In this document: in pieces, positions 10,364 through 19,451 of the stretch
Numbering within the stretch: position 1 is the stretch's first letter
Layout: each line of letters starts with the position of its first letter
DNA from: a bacterium
GTDB lineage: Bacteria; Bdellovibrionota_B; Oligoflexia; Oligoflexales; RGVZ01
NCBI GenBank assembly: GCA_043757325.1
Contig: JAYVPO010000026.1
Coordinates: 22,391-86,390 of the forward strand
Reading direction: 5' to 3'
DNA length: 64,000 bases
Program-made: the position numbers and the translations under genes
Notes under the pieces: generated by a model
Told to the model about the DNA's origin: nothing
Databases searched by the model: none
The model's input: only the letters and a program-made list of their open reading frames with translations

Positions 10364-10773
10364 TGACTTCAATTGAATTGAGGAAAATGCTTGAAAAAGA
10401 GGTGGAATTTACCTTTGCTCGCAGCTCTGGTCCGGGTGGACAGAATGTAAACAAAGTGAATTCCAAGGCTATTTTGTACTGGGATTATTTATATAGTGAT
10501 TTAATATCAGATCGGGCACGAAGAAGATTTGAAGAAAATTTCGGCAGCCGAATTTCATCAGATCAAAAAGTTATCATTGCAGGAGACGAATCTCGCGATC
10601 AACTGCGAAATAAATTACTGTGCTTAGAAAAACTGGTGGAGATGATTGAAGCTGCTATCAAAGAGCCTAAAAAAAGATATAAAACAAAGCCATCGAGATC
10701 CAGTGTAGAAAAGCGCTTGCGTTCGAAAACCTTAGATTCTAAACGCAAGCAAGCTCGAAAAGTTGATTACTGA
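10363..10773 (+). CDS. arfB: alternative ribosome-rescue factor ArfB (peptidyl-tRNA hydrolase, RF-like GGQ protein)
   Basis: GGQ motif (SSGPGGQNVNKVNSKA), a basic C-terminal tail and about 136 aa. The start overlaps the upstream stop (TAATG). Confidence 0.75.
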   Translation: MTSIELRKMLEKEVEFTFARSSGPGGQNVNKVNSKAILYWDYLYSDLISDRARRRFEENFGSRISSDQKVIIAGDESRDQLRNKLLCLEKLVEMIEAAIKEPKKRYKTKPSRSSVEKRLRSKTLDSKRKQARKVDY

Positions 10774-11780
10774 CAGGCCGCAACGACTTCGGCTGGAATG
10801 CTCTGCGAATCGCGCAGTGGAGACATTGAAGAATCTGATTTAGAAAAAAGCAAAGCCATTGGATATGATGAAACATTAAATTTTCTTTTAACGTCATCCT
10901 CGTTAGTAGCTCCAAAAGAGTGATCGCTTGCGTCGATACCCATTGATTTCAACCGATTAATCCACTCACTTAAAGAATTTCCAGATCGACCATCCAAGGC
11001 TACCGTGATGGATTTACATTTACCCGCGGCAGAAAATATTTTTTTGAATTGAGCATCTGCTTCAAGTTGTTGTGCCAGGTTTAAACAAGGTCCACACCAA
11101 GGGGCCGAAAAATCAATAAAGAAATACGGCGATTCTGCTACTAATGCACTAAGTTTTGTTTGTTGTCCGCTTGCAGTAATGAGATCCAGGTCAAATTTTG
11201 GATCGAGATTTCCAGAAGGCTTGACTTCAGGTTTAGGTATAGGATTGGGGACTGAAGGATTAGGCAATGGCTGGGACTTACCAGATTGAGAAGCTAGCTT
11301 TTCCACCGACTCTTGACTTGCATCAGAATAAAAATCTGCGGATGCGATTAAGTCCAAAGCAACCGTTAAAGCACCAGCGGCTTTGTTGATCGCGTCTTTT
11401 TCAATAGTTTGCGGTTTTGTTGCAGAAAAATAAATCGAACTTAAACTGTTCTCAACAAGCTGACCTAAACTCAGATTGACGGAATACTTACAATTTTTTT
11501 TCAATCTGTAATCGAGTTTCAAACTAGTTGTTGGTTTGGTCTCATTCACATTTGTAAACTTACAGTCTTTATCTTGTTCCGCATCTATTTTTAAGTTATA
11601 TCCCGTCAGCAGGCTTTGACCCGAGTTGCTCTTAAAAGCGTCATCTCCATAGGGAATTTTTAAAGTGACCGTGGAAAGATTAGCATCTTGATCCGCTTGG
11701 GTTCCCAAGTTGGATTTTGAACATCCAATAAAGGCCAGTAAACTCGACGTTAAGATAAATTTTTTGTAACTTGAATTCAT
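10767..11780 (-). CDS. lipoprotein with C-terminal thioredoxin-like (TlpA/ResA-type) domain
   Basis: Lipobox LAFIGC and thioredoxin active site FSAPWCGPC. The N-terminal ~190 aa belong to no recognised family. Confidence 0.6.
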   Translation of the reverse strand: MNSSYKKFILTSSLLAFIGCSKSNLGTQADQDANLSTVTLKIPYGDDAFKSNSGQSLLTGYNLKIDAEQDKDCKFTNVNETKPTTSLKLDYRLKKNCKYSVNLSLGQLVENSLSSIYFSATKPQTIEKDAINKAAGALTVALDLIASADFYSDASQESVEKLASQSGKSQPLPNPSVPNPIPKPEVKPSGNLDPKFDLDLITASGQQTKLSALVAESPYFFIDFSAPWCGPCLNLAQQLEADAQFKKIFSAAGKCKSITVALDGRSGNSLSEWINRLKSMGIDASDHSFGATNEDDVKRKFNVSSYPMALLFSKSDSSMSPLRDSQSIPAEVVAACQ

Positions 11781-11798
11781 AACAACACCTTTTGAAAA

Positions 11799-12803
11799 TT
11801 AATTCTTTTTAGAGCAAATTTCTTGAATATCTTTGATCGCTGGTTTAACAAGACTAAATTCTTTATTTTTGATTATAGGAGTTAAACTGGTCCTTTTGAA
11901 AAGCGCGTATGTTGGAGAGTCTTGTACATCCACAAAACTGTCATTTAAGGTCACACCAAAACTTCGAGATTTTGCGCCATCAGATTTTAGATTTGCAAGC
12001 CAAGGAACAAGCGCTTTTTCAAATACAGCACCTTTATACGAGAATGCAAGAATGATATATTTACAGATGGGAGAACTGGAGAATGTTTCTAAAATGACTT
12101 GTTCTTTTTCCAATTCATCTGATTTGAAAGGACAGTCAATGCAGCCTGGTGTTGAAAAAGTAAGAAAATAATACTGCGCGTCGCCAAGAACGTTTTCTAA
12201 ATTAGTTGGCTTTCCAGTTGAATCAACTAGTTCTAGACTAGTTACAGGTAGCGGTTTTTTCTCCGGTTCCGGTTTTGGTTTCGAAGAGGTAGAATTTGAA
12301 TCTTCAAGGAGTTTCTTAGACTCATCACTTGCATCGGTTGCGAAAGACTCTGTATCGGTGACTGTCAAACTAAGCACCGGGTTTTCTTTTGAAACTTCTA
12401 GTTTTGAAAAAGGCTGTGGAGCAGCAAGTGCAAAATAAGTCGTCGAGAGTTCACTATCTGATAATTTTCCAAAACTTAAATTTACTAAATAAGAGCAATT
12501 TTTATTTAATTTGTAACTTAATTTAAAATTCGAAATATCTTTAGCCTCTCTGATATCATCAAATTTACATTCGGCTGACTTATCAGCTTGGATTGACAAT
12601 TTGTAGCCAGTAATAAGTTTCTCGCTATTGTTTTTTCCGGTCATCTCTCTTATTGAGTCAGGGATTCTGACAGAAACGTTGGCAACGTTTGAATCACTAT
12701 TTTTATTTGAAGCCGCATTTTTCACACAGCCCGAAGTAAGTGCCAACGCACACAATCCGTTGAAAAACGTTTCAAGTTTTATCCGATTAATATAGTTCTT
12801 CAT
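11799..12803 (-). CDS. paralogous lipoprotein with thioredoxin-like domain and variant CxxC (GCIDC)
   Basis: Lipobox LTSGC. Clear paralogy to 10767..11780 across both domains (LITGYKLSIQADKSAECKF vs LLTGYNLKIDAEQDKDCKF). The redox motif is FSTPGCIDCP instead of WCGPC. Start chosen at MKNYIN; the ORF itself extends to 12884. Confidence 0.55.
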   Translation of the reverse strand: MKNYINRIKLETFFNGLCALALTSGCVKNAASNKNSDSNVANVSVRIPDSIREMTGKNNSEKLITGYKLSIQADKSAECKFDDIREAKDISNFKLSYKLNKNCSYLVNLSFGKLSDSELSTTYFALAAPQPFSKLEVSKENPVLSLTVTDTESFATDASDESKKLLEDSNSTSSKPKPEPEKKPLPVTSLELVDSTGKPTNLENVLGDAQYYFLTFSTPGCIDCPFKSDELEKEQVILETFSSSPICKYIILAFSYKGAVFEKALVPWLANLKSDGAKSRSFGVTLNDSFVDVQDSPTYALFKRTSLTPIIKNKEFSLVKPAIKDIQEICSKKN

Positions 12804-12982
12804 GTTGTCTCCCATTCTTAGCTTAAATCTATAATGTTTAAGATATGCAATCCTGAAGCCACTTATTGTAGTGGCTGCAACCAACTGAAATTATACGATT
12901 AACTGTGACTATTAGCATTCTAAAACTGGCTAAGGTTTCGACACTGTCTGTTCCTGTATTAGTTTAGCATGATCAAAACCTC

Positions 12983-13030
12983 CGGCACGGAGCTATTTCG
13001 GCACGGAGCTATTTCGGCACGGAGCAAAAT
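12983..13030. repeat. tandem REP-like repeats (3 copies of a 16-bp unit, core GGCACGGAGC)
   Basis: GGCACGGAGCTATTTC repeated 3 times in tandem at 12985-13030. Confidence 0.6.
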
Positions 13031-13243
13031 ACCAAGGAGCGAATTTAATAATAAATCAAAAGTAATCCGCCGGAAAATTCGAAAGAAGACATTGGTTAAG
13101 GTAAAAAGAGTAAACAAAGGAAGGCTGAAAGCAGCAACCTCAAAAATAAGCGGAGAACAAAAAATTTATTTCCTTTGACAAAACTAGAGCACTTACCACT
13201 GTGCTATAAGCAAGAGTGTTCTATTTTAACAATGTGCAAATCC

Positions 13244-13915
13244 TCAAAGCGGCTTACGCCGCATACTTGACAGTTTACAAAAATACCTGTCGTTTTCTTT
13301 TATTTTTGCTTCATCATCGACAGTATGTAGATTTTCGAAAACCTGGGGTCGAAAAGTGTTGTCCGAAAGTTCGTTGCAAATTGATTCGGCAAAAACGTGA
13401 AATGACGTTCCGAGTGAGTACCCTGCTTTGTCATAATCATCCAAGAGCTTACCTGCTAATTCAGTTTTAAAATAGCGCGCATGAAGGGAGGAATATTTGT
13501 AATTTTTAAGGTCACAATCCTCGCCCAAAGCATCGTGGGTATTACGCCAAATATTCGAAACGACCTGCCGAAAATATTTCCACTCCCGAACAACGGGCGA
13601 TCGAAATCTTTCTCGTAAAACCTGACTGTCTCGGTGTAATAAAGTGTTAACGAAGCGAGCAATTTGGGAATTAACTGTACGCATGAAATCGCTCAAAGCT
13701 TTTTGAGTCGGAAATTTAGCAAGAAAATGAGCGTGATTATCTAAAATATTGAACTCAAAAATCGCAATTTTATATACTTTTTTGTACTTTATCCACAAAG
13801 TAATTATGAAGTCTTTTACCGCATCATTTTCTAACAAAAACTCCCGATTGTGACATCTAAAAATTAAGTGCGAAATACTTGCGTTATGTAAAATATTTAC
13901 TCGAGAAATAGCCAT
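13244..13915 (-). CDS. Y1 HuH transposase, IS200/IS605-family / REP-associated tyrosine transposase (RAYT)-like, with C-terminal extension
   Basis: The N-terminal ~130 aa align by eye to the IS200 TnpA pattern: HLIFRCHNREFL... then HuH motif ILDNHAHFL, then LSDFMRTVNSQIARFVN...LRERFRSPVV...KYFRQV. An extra ~90-aa C-terminal region follows. Confidence 0.75.
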   Translation of the reverse strand: MAISRVNILHNASISHLIFRCHNREFLLENDAVKDFIITLWIKYKKVYKIAIFEFNILDNHAHFLAKFPTQKALSDFMRTVNSQIARFVNTLLHRDSQVLRERFRSPVVREWKYFRQVVSNIWRNTHDALGEDCDLKNYKYSSLHARYFKTELAGKLLDDYDKAGYSLGTSFHVFAESICNELSDNTFRPQVFENLHTVDDEAKIKENDRYFCKLSSMRRKPL

Positions 13916-14093
13916 AGCCTTTTTAATATAAAAATAATCGTGTTAAGTCGAAGGACATTGGAAGACTCGCGTTCAAACCGCACTAATTTGAAAATCTCAA
14001 GATACTCATTAAAATTCGCAAACTTCATTAGCAAAATTTTACAAAAATAAATCTTGGAAATTGTTCCTATCCGAAAATCTACCCCGCTACAAG

Positions 14094-14321
14094 TTGCTCG
14101 GTGCCAAAAATCAATAATACCGCGGGAAAAAATTTGGTTCCCGCTTAAAATTACGGAATTACTCGGATAATTTGCTCCGTGCTGAAAATTCGCCGAAAAT
14201 CACGATGAGAATGCTGAAGAAATTTTGCTCCGTGCCGAAAATTTGGGGCGAAAGTATTTTGCCTCCGTGCCTTAAAAAATGACCAAATGCTGCGAGAAAA
14301 ATTTTGCTCTATGCCGAAAAG
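14094..14321. repeat. array of inverted REP-like repeats (core GCTCCGTGCC = reverse complement of the upstream core)
   Basis: At least 5 copies (14094, 14174, 14227, 14260, 14307; some degenerate, e.g. GCTCGGTGCC, GCTCTATGCC), each embedded in TTTTGCTCCGTGCCGAAAAT-like context. The 14222-14242 copy is a near-perfect reverse complement of 13011-13030. Confidence 0.6.
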
Positions 14322-14385
14322 CATACCCGAAAAACATATCGAAAATTAAGGCGGATTTTAGATTTTTCCAAAGAAGCAAAGCCCT

Positions 14386-15363
14386 TTACGGTTGTTCAGT
14401 TATCACCTTCGGCTCATTAAATATCTTTGCTCGATTTAAAAAAAGTGGATCTAGGGAAATCTCTTGTGTTGCAATAAAAATTTTTAAATTTAACGGCGGA
14501 AGAGCGCGGTGGAAATCTTTTGCTGTGGTTATCATAACATCATCGGCATGAGAAAAATTCGACCATGGAATTAGCTCGTGGTCTTTAAAATTACTAACTG
14601 CAGAAATTTTAATGCCTTGAACCGCTATAATTTCTAAAAAATTGGCGGGACGAGCTATGGCCGTTACTACCCGAATGAAAGGACTACTTTTCAAATCTGT
14701 TTTTTCGCCGGAAACTTGAATAAATTGTCCGAACTTGGATTTTAGATTGAAAATTTTATCCTGCACAAAATTTAAACGTTTTTCAATTTCACTCAAATCT
14801 TTAAGCTTGGAGAGAAAAACAAAATCCGCTCTGCGGATGTTTCTTCCATTCTCCCGTTGCATTCCACAAGGTAAAACAGCCCAAGGTGATAACGAAAATT
14901 GCGGCGTAACCAGCACGATGTCCACATCGCGAAAAATTTTTCTGTGCTGGAAGCCATCATCTAAAACCCAGTGAGTGGGCTTGTTTTCCGAATCTAATTC
15001 CAGATATTTCATCGCGGCCTCAAAACGCCGACTTCCCAACACTACAGGCACGGTTGGAAGCGCAACCGAGCACTCCATTGCCTCATCTGCATATAAAATA
15101 CTCGGTGCGATAGAGTATTTTCCGCCTTTTAGAACTGCCCATTCATTTTTCTTAAGCCCAGATTTATAGCCACGAGTTAAAATGACAGGCTTTTTTCCTG
15201 CCTCTAAAAGCTTTTTGCAAATTGCAATGACAGTGGGCGTCTTTCCAGTACCACCCACTTCGATATTACCAACCGAGATTGTCATACCAGGAAGTTTTTG
15301 AATTTTTAAAATATTTCGATCGTATAAAGCGTTTCGTAATTCGGTTAAAAAAAAATAAATCAC
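14386..15363 (-). CDS. lpxK: tetraacyldisaccharide 4'-kinase
   Basis: P-loop SVGNIEVGGTGKTP characteristic of LpxK. 325 aa. Confidence 0.85.
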   Translation of the reverse strand: MIYFFLTELRNALYDRNILKIQKLPGMTISVGNIEVGGTGKTPTVIAICKKLLEAGKKPVILTRGYKSGLKKNEWAVLKGGKYSIAPSILYADEAMECSVALPTVPVVLGSRRFEAAMKYLELDSENKPTHWVLDDGFQHRKIFRDVDIVLVTPQFSLSPWAVLPCGMQRENGRNIRRADFVFLSKLKDLSEIEKRLNFVQDKIFNLKSKFGQFIQVSGEKTDLKSSPFIRVVTAIARPANFLEIIAVQGIKISAVSNFKDHELIPWSNFSHADDVMITTAKDFHRALPPLNLKIFIATQEISLDPLFLNRAKIFNEPKVITEQP

Positions 15364-17069
15364 GATTTCACACTCCGTCGCCCCTCAACAATTAAACGAC
15401 GGTCCTCAACTTTCCAAATACTATCAAAAAGCCCTAAATTCTCATATCTATGAGTTATTATTAATGTCGACAGCTGGTATTTTTGAGTTATAGATTTTAA
15501 ATTTTCTAAAATTTTCGTCTCTAAATTTGAGTCCAGGGCTGCGGTAACTTCATCCAGCAATAGTATTTTTTTATTTTGGAGTAACGCTCTAACAATCGTC
15601 AACCGCTGTTTCTCTCCACCAGACAGTCGGTCTTTCAAAGCTTCAAAAACACTATCTAGTCCGTTTTCTAAACCACTTAAAAGATGAGATAACTTAAATT
15701 CTTCTAGATAATTTAATATGACTAAATCAGAAGTTTTTGTCTCGAGGCCGTAAGTCAAATTATCACGGAAAGTTCCGGAAAACAAAAAAGGCATTTGACT
15801 GACATATGATGCGTCTAATCTAATAGGATTTAGCAACCCTGCAAGACACCGAATCATAGTGCTCTTCCCAGTCCCACTAGGGCCAATAACCGCAACAATT
15901 TTTCCCGCTTGTAAATTAATTTTCTCAAAATGAAATTTTATATTATTTTCATAAGAAAACTGCAAATCAAAAGGTTTTGTATCCGATGCTGTTAGAAATT
16001 CTGCGGAAAAACTATTTGGTTTAATTAAAATTCTTTCAAATTGAGACAAGGCACCAAGTGTTTCTTTGAGTTTTGTAAATTGCTCTCCAATATCTTTTAA
16101 GGGCTTAAAAACAAGCCCAAGAGCCACAAAAAAAGGCAGAAGGTTACTTGGATTTAAACTTTCCGCGAAATAATTTTTTTGCTGCAGACTGATAAACAAA
16201 GCCAGAAGGAAAAAACCTAAAAACTCCAAAGAAGGTGCAAATGCCGCCCTAATAGCAATAGATTTTTTCATTACGAGGTAATAGTTTTGAATCAATTCGT
16301 GAAATTTTTTGCTCTCGAAAGACTCGCCATTTTGTGCTTTTATAAATGCAAAACGTTCCCTGACATTTAAAATATGCGAAGACATTTTAGCAATTTGCTG
16401 CTGAAAGAAATCACTATAAAAGGCAATCCTTCGACCAACTTGCGATCCTAAAAAAACCAAAAATATACCTGCTGCAACCAAGGAATACGCTGTCTCAGGC
16501 TGCAAAAAATACAGCGCCACAAAGCTAGACGCAACAATAAAAAACCCACGCAAAAATACCGTTAGAAAATCAGTGACTTTATCTTGGAGAAAATTTACAT
16601 CATTCATTACCACCGACATCCAAGCCGCTGGAGATCTTTTGGAAAGGTCGAGATAGCTTTGTTCAATAATTTTTGCAAAAACTAACGTCCGAGCGCGGTC
16701 GGTTAAACGTGCAGAAAACTCGCGTTGGGAAACGCTGTAGATCAGGAGAATAAACGCACGAGTGGAAGCTGCAACCGCAATTAAGATAGGAATAAAAAAT
16801 ATCGCATGCTTTCTTTCTACTAAAAAATTAAAATTAAAAAATAAACTTTGCAATGTCGGAGTTATTTTTCGGGGTAGAAGATTTAAAAGATTTATATACT
16901 TGTCGGTCTGATCCACAATAAAAAAACTATCTAAAAAACCTTTGATAAAAAAAATCAGGCAAGCCTGGGTCGCACTTAAAAAAAATAACGACAGAATAAT
17001 TTTACTGGTTATTTTTGGGTTTTGTTTAAGGGTTTCGGTGATAAATTTAAGAAAGAATCGAAACTTCAT
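15360..17069 (-). CDS. msbA: lipid A/lipid export ABC transporter, fused permease-ATPase (MsbA-like)
   Basis: Six-TM N-terminal domain plus Walker A GPSGTGKST, signature LSGGEKQR and Walker B ILLLDE. Lies between lpxB and lpxK. Confidence 0.8.
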   Translation of the reverse strand: MKFRFFLKFITETLKQNPKITSKIILSLFFLSATQACLIFFIKGFLDSFFIVDQTDKYINLLNLLPRKITPTLQSLFFNFNFLVERKHAIFFIPILIAVAASTRAFILLIYSVSQREFSARLTDRARTLVFAKIIEQSYLDLSKRSPAAWMSVVMNDVNFLQDKVTDFLTVFLRGFFIVASSFVALYFLQPETAYSLVAAGIFLVFLGSQVGRRIAFYSDFFQQQIAKMSSHILNVRERFAFIKAQNGESFESKKFHELIQNYYLVMKKSIAIRAAFAPSLEFLGFFLLALFISLQQKNYFAESLNPSNLLPFFVALGLVFKPLKDIGEQFTKLKETLGALSQFERILIKPNSFSAEFLTASDTKPFDLQFSYENNIKFHFEKINLQAGKIVAVIGPSGTGKSTMIRCLAGLLNPIRLDASYVSQMPFLFSGTFRDNLTYGLETKTSDLVILNYLEEFKLSHLLSGLENGLDSVFEALKDRLSGGEKQRLTIVRALLQNKKILLLDEVTAALDSNLETKILENLKSITQKYQLSTLIITHRYENLGLFDSIWKVEDRRLIVEGRRSVKS

Positions 17070-17076
17070 TCGTCGA

Positions 17077-18210
17077 TCATAACCTATTGAATTGATCTAT
17101 TAAAGCCGAAGCCACTTTTGCTGCACTTTGGGTGAAAAGCTGGGTTTTTAAAAGTTCAAATTCTGAAAGCATTGTTTTTCTTGCTTCAGAAGCCTGCAGA
17201 AGTTCAGCCAACTCTTTTGCCACATGTTCTGAAGAAAAATACTGCACGTATTCTTTTACAACTTCTTTTTTGGCAATAAGATTTACCAGGCTGATGAATT
17301 TCGTTTTTACAACTTTTTCGGCAATTTGATAATTTAAATCGTTCATAACATAAATTACCGTCATGGGTACTGCGCTTAGGGCCGTTTCCAGGGTAGCTGT
17401 CCCAGATGCCACAACCGCAGCATCAGCTATATTTAACAACTCTAAACTTCTGCCTTTAAAAAATAGAAAATCGGCCCCTGAAAACTTCTTGGCGATTTCT
17501 GAAAAATCGAGATTCTCTGCAACGGGCACTACGCACTGAATATCTGGCCGTAATTTCTTTAAATGCGCTTGAATTTCTCTCATTCGGGGAAAAATAAGTT
17601 CGAATTCTTGAATCCTGCTGCCCGGCAAAAAAGCTACCACTTTGCTTGATTCAGAAAGGTTAAAATCACATCTTTGCGCCGAAATTTTTTCAACCCGGTC
17701 GCGGATGGGACAACCCAGATATTGATAATTCACACCCTGTTCGCAAAAAAAATCTTTTTCAAAAGGAAGAATTCCAAAAACTTGTCTGAAGTCTTCTCGC
17801 AATCTTTTAACGCGGCCGCCGCCCCATGCCCAAAGTTTAGGTGCAACATACTGGCAAACGGGAATGTTTCTTAATTTTAATTTTTCGGCCAACTGGAAAT
17901 GGAAACCAGGGTTATCCACCAGAATTGCAAAATCTATTTTTTTGCGGTCAACTGCATTTAAAACCCGGATTTCCAGCTCCTTTAAGCGGGCCAGACTTGC
18001 TACCACTTCCGAAAAACCCATAACCGACAACTCTTCGGTACTAACGATAGTGTCGACTTTCGAGCGCCTAAGTTCGCTTCCGGTAATGCCAATAAAATAA
18101 ATATTGTTGTGAAGTTCGCGAAGTTTTCCCACAAGCTCAGCTGCAAGAAGATCGCCTGAATATTCGCCGACAGAAATAAAAACCGAAAGTTTTTTTTTCA
18201 CTACCGGCAC
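17077..18210 (-). CDS. lpxB: lipid-A-disaccharide synthase
   Basis: N-terminal ISVGEYSGD motif, 377 aa, downstream of lpxA. Confidence 0.85.
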   Translation of the reverse strand: MPVVKKKLSVFISVGEYSGDLLAAELVGKLRELHNNIYFIGITGSELRRSKVDTIVSTEELSVMGFSEVVASLARLKELEIRVLNAVDRKKIDFAILVDNPGFHFQLAEKLKLRNIPVCQYVAPKLWAWGGGRVKRLREDFRQVFGILPFEKDFFCEQGVNYQYLGCPIRDRVEKISAQRCDFNLSESSKVVAFLPGSRIQEFELIFPRMREIQAHLKKLRPDIQCVVPVAENLDFSEIAKKFSGADFLFFKGRSLELLNIADAAVVASGTATLETALSAVPMTVIYVMNDLNYQIAEKVVKTKFISLVNLIAKKEVVKEYVQYFSSEHVAKELAELLQASEARKTMLSEFELLKTQLFTQSAAKVASALIDQFNRL

Positions 18211-18980
18211 AAACCTCTAGAACTTGTACTTAAAAATAACAAAAACTGCGCGCGATATTCGGAATCCGAAACATCGGATTTGATTTTTTCAATAGCATCA
18301 TCAAGTTTTAAATTAGACGAAAAGGTTAACCGGTACATTTCTTTTATGGACGACACTTCCTCTGGCGTCAAACTCATTCGTCTAAGCCCCACAACATTTA
18401 AACCGCTTAATTGGGCCCTATCTCCGTGAACCATGCAGTAGGGTGCCACGTCTTGAGTCACCATTGCGCCACCTGCAATCATAGCAAATGACCCAATTCG
18501 GCAAAATTGATGCACAGCACTCAAACCACCCAGAACTGCCTTGTCATGGACACGCACATGACCGGCAAGGGCTACACCATTTGCTAAAATCGTATGATCA
18601 CCAATTTCGCAATCGTGGGCCACATGTGTGTAAACCATAAATAAATTATGTGAGCCAATTTTTGTGACATTGTCACCCGTAACTGTTCCTAACGAGACAT
18701 TGCAGTATTCGCGAAACATATTGTTATCTTCAATATGAAGTTCGGTGTCTTCATTGTTATACTTTAAATCTTGGGGCCGGCTTCCAATACTTGCAAATGC
18801 CGATATTAGATTGTTTTTGCCGATTCGAGTCCGTCCCGAAATAACTGCGTGAGGTCCGACTTTTGTTCCTGAGGCGATTTTTACCTGATCTTCTATAACA
18901 GCGAATGGCCCTATCTCGATATCTCCATCGAGCTCAGCTCGAGAAGAAACAACCGCTGTTTCATGTATTTTAACACCCAC
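18201..18980 (-). CDS. lpxA: acyl-ACP--UDP-N-acetylglucosamine O-acyltransferase
   Basis: Left-handed beta-helix hexapeptide repeats, 259 aa, fabZ-lpxA-lpxB context. Confidence 0.85.
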   Translation of the reverse strand: MGVKIHETAVVSSRAELDGDIEIGPFAVIEDQVKIASGTKVGPHAVISGRTRIGKNNLISAFASIGSRPQDLKYNNEDTELHIEDNNMFREYCNVSLGTVTGDNVTKIGSHNLFMVYTHVAHDCEIGDHTILANGVALAGHVRVHDKAVLGGLSAVHQFCRIGSFAMIAGGAMVTQDVAPYCMVHGDRAQLSGLNVVGLRRMSLTPEEVSSIKEMYRLTFSSNLKLDDAIEKIKSDVSDSEYRAQFLLFLSTSSRGLCR

Positions 18981-19004
18981 TAATAAAAATCCGTTTTCTG
19001 TTAA

Positions 19005-19451
19005 CTAGCGCATCGTCGCACTAAATTTAACTGTTGCCACATGATGCCCATCCACACTTGCGTGACCTTCAAACCAGTAAAATGTACCGCGATGTTTAAT
19101 GTAATCAACTCGGTATTCAAGCAATTGTCCGGGCAAAACCATCTTACGAAAGCGCGCCTCATTTAATTCTAGCAGAAAACAATCCGTTAAACCGTCATCA
19201 CTGGAAAGATGTCCCAAAATTCCTCCAACCTGGGCCAGGCCTTCAACAATCAATACACCAGGCCAAATTGGCTGTTTTGGAAAATGCCCACGAAACACAT
19301 CAAAAGTCGGTAGAATCCGCAGATTACCTGTAATGAAATCGTGTTTTTTAGCCGCCGTAATTTCGTCCACCAGCAAAAAAGGCTCGCGATGTGGCAGGCA
19401 GGTTTCAATTTCTGCGCGGGCCAAAGGAAGTGTTAGGCTGTCAAGAATCAT
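19005..19451 (-). CDS. fabZ: 3-hydroxyacyl-ACP dehydratase
   Basis: Hot-dog fold motifs LPHREPFLLVDE and FRGHFP...PGVLIVEGLAQ. Confidence 0.9.
   Translation of the reverse strand: MILDSLTLPLARAEIETCLPHREPFLLVDEITAAKKHDFITGNLRILPTFDVFRGHFPKQPIWPGVLIVEGLAQVGGILGHLSSDDGLTDCFLLELNEARFRKMVLPGQLLEYRVDYIKHRGTFYWFEGHASVDGHHVATVKFSATMR

Larger units (their letters stand above)
12983..14321 (-). mobile_element. REP-RAYT-REP unit (transposase gene bracketed by oppositely oriented REP arrays)
   Basis: Combination of the two features above plus the Y1 transposase. No other ORF lies inside. Confidence 0.5.

Noticed and set aside
12983-13030. Short tandem direct repeats considered as a CRISPR array
   Set aside because: Only 3 copies of a 16-bp unit with no unique spacers. 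Oppositely oriented copies flank a transposase gene, which fits REP/IS ends rather than CRISPR.
12969-14551. ORFs 12969..13178, 13216..13470, 13456..13662 and 14279..14551
   Set aside because: They lie within the REP arrays or antisense to the transposase/lpxK, have lysine-rich low-complexity translations and no start context, so they are spurious.
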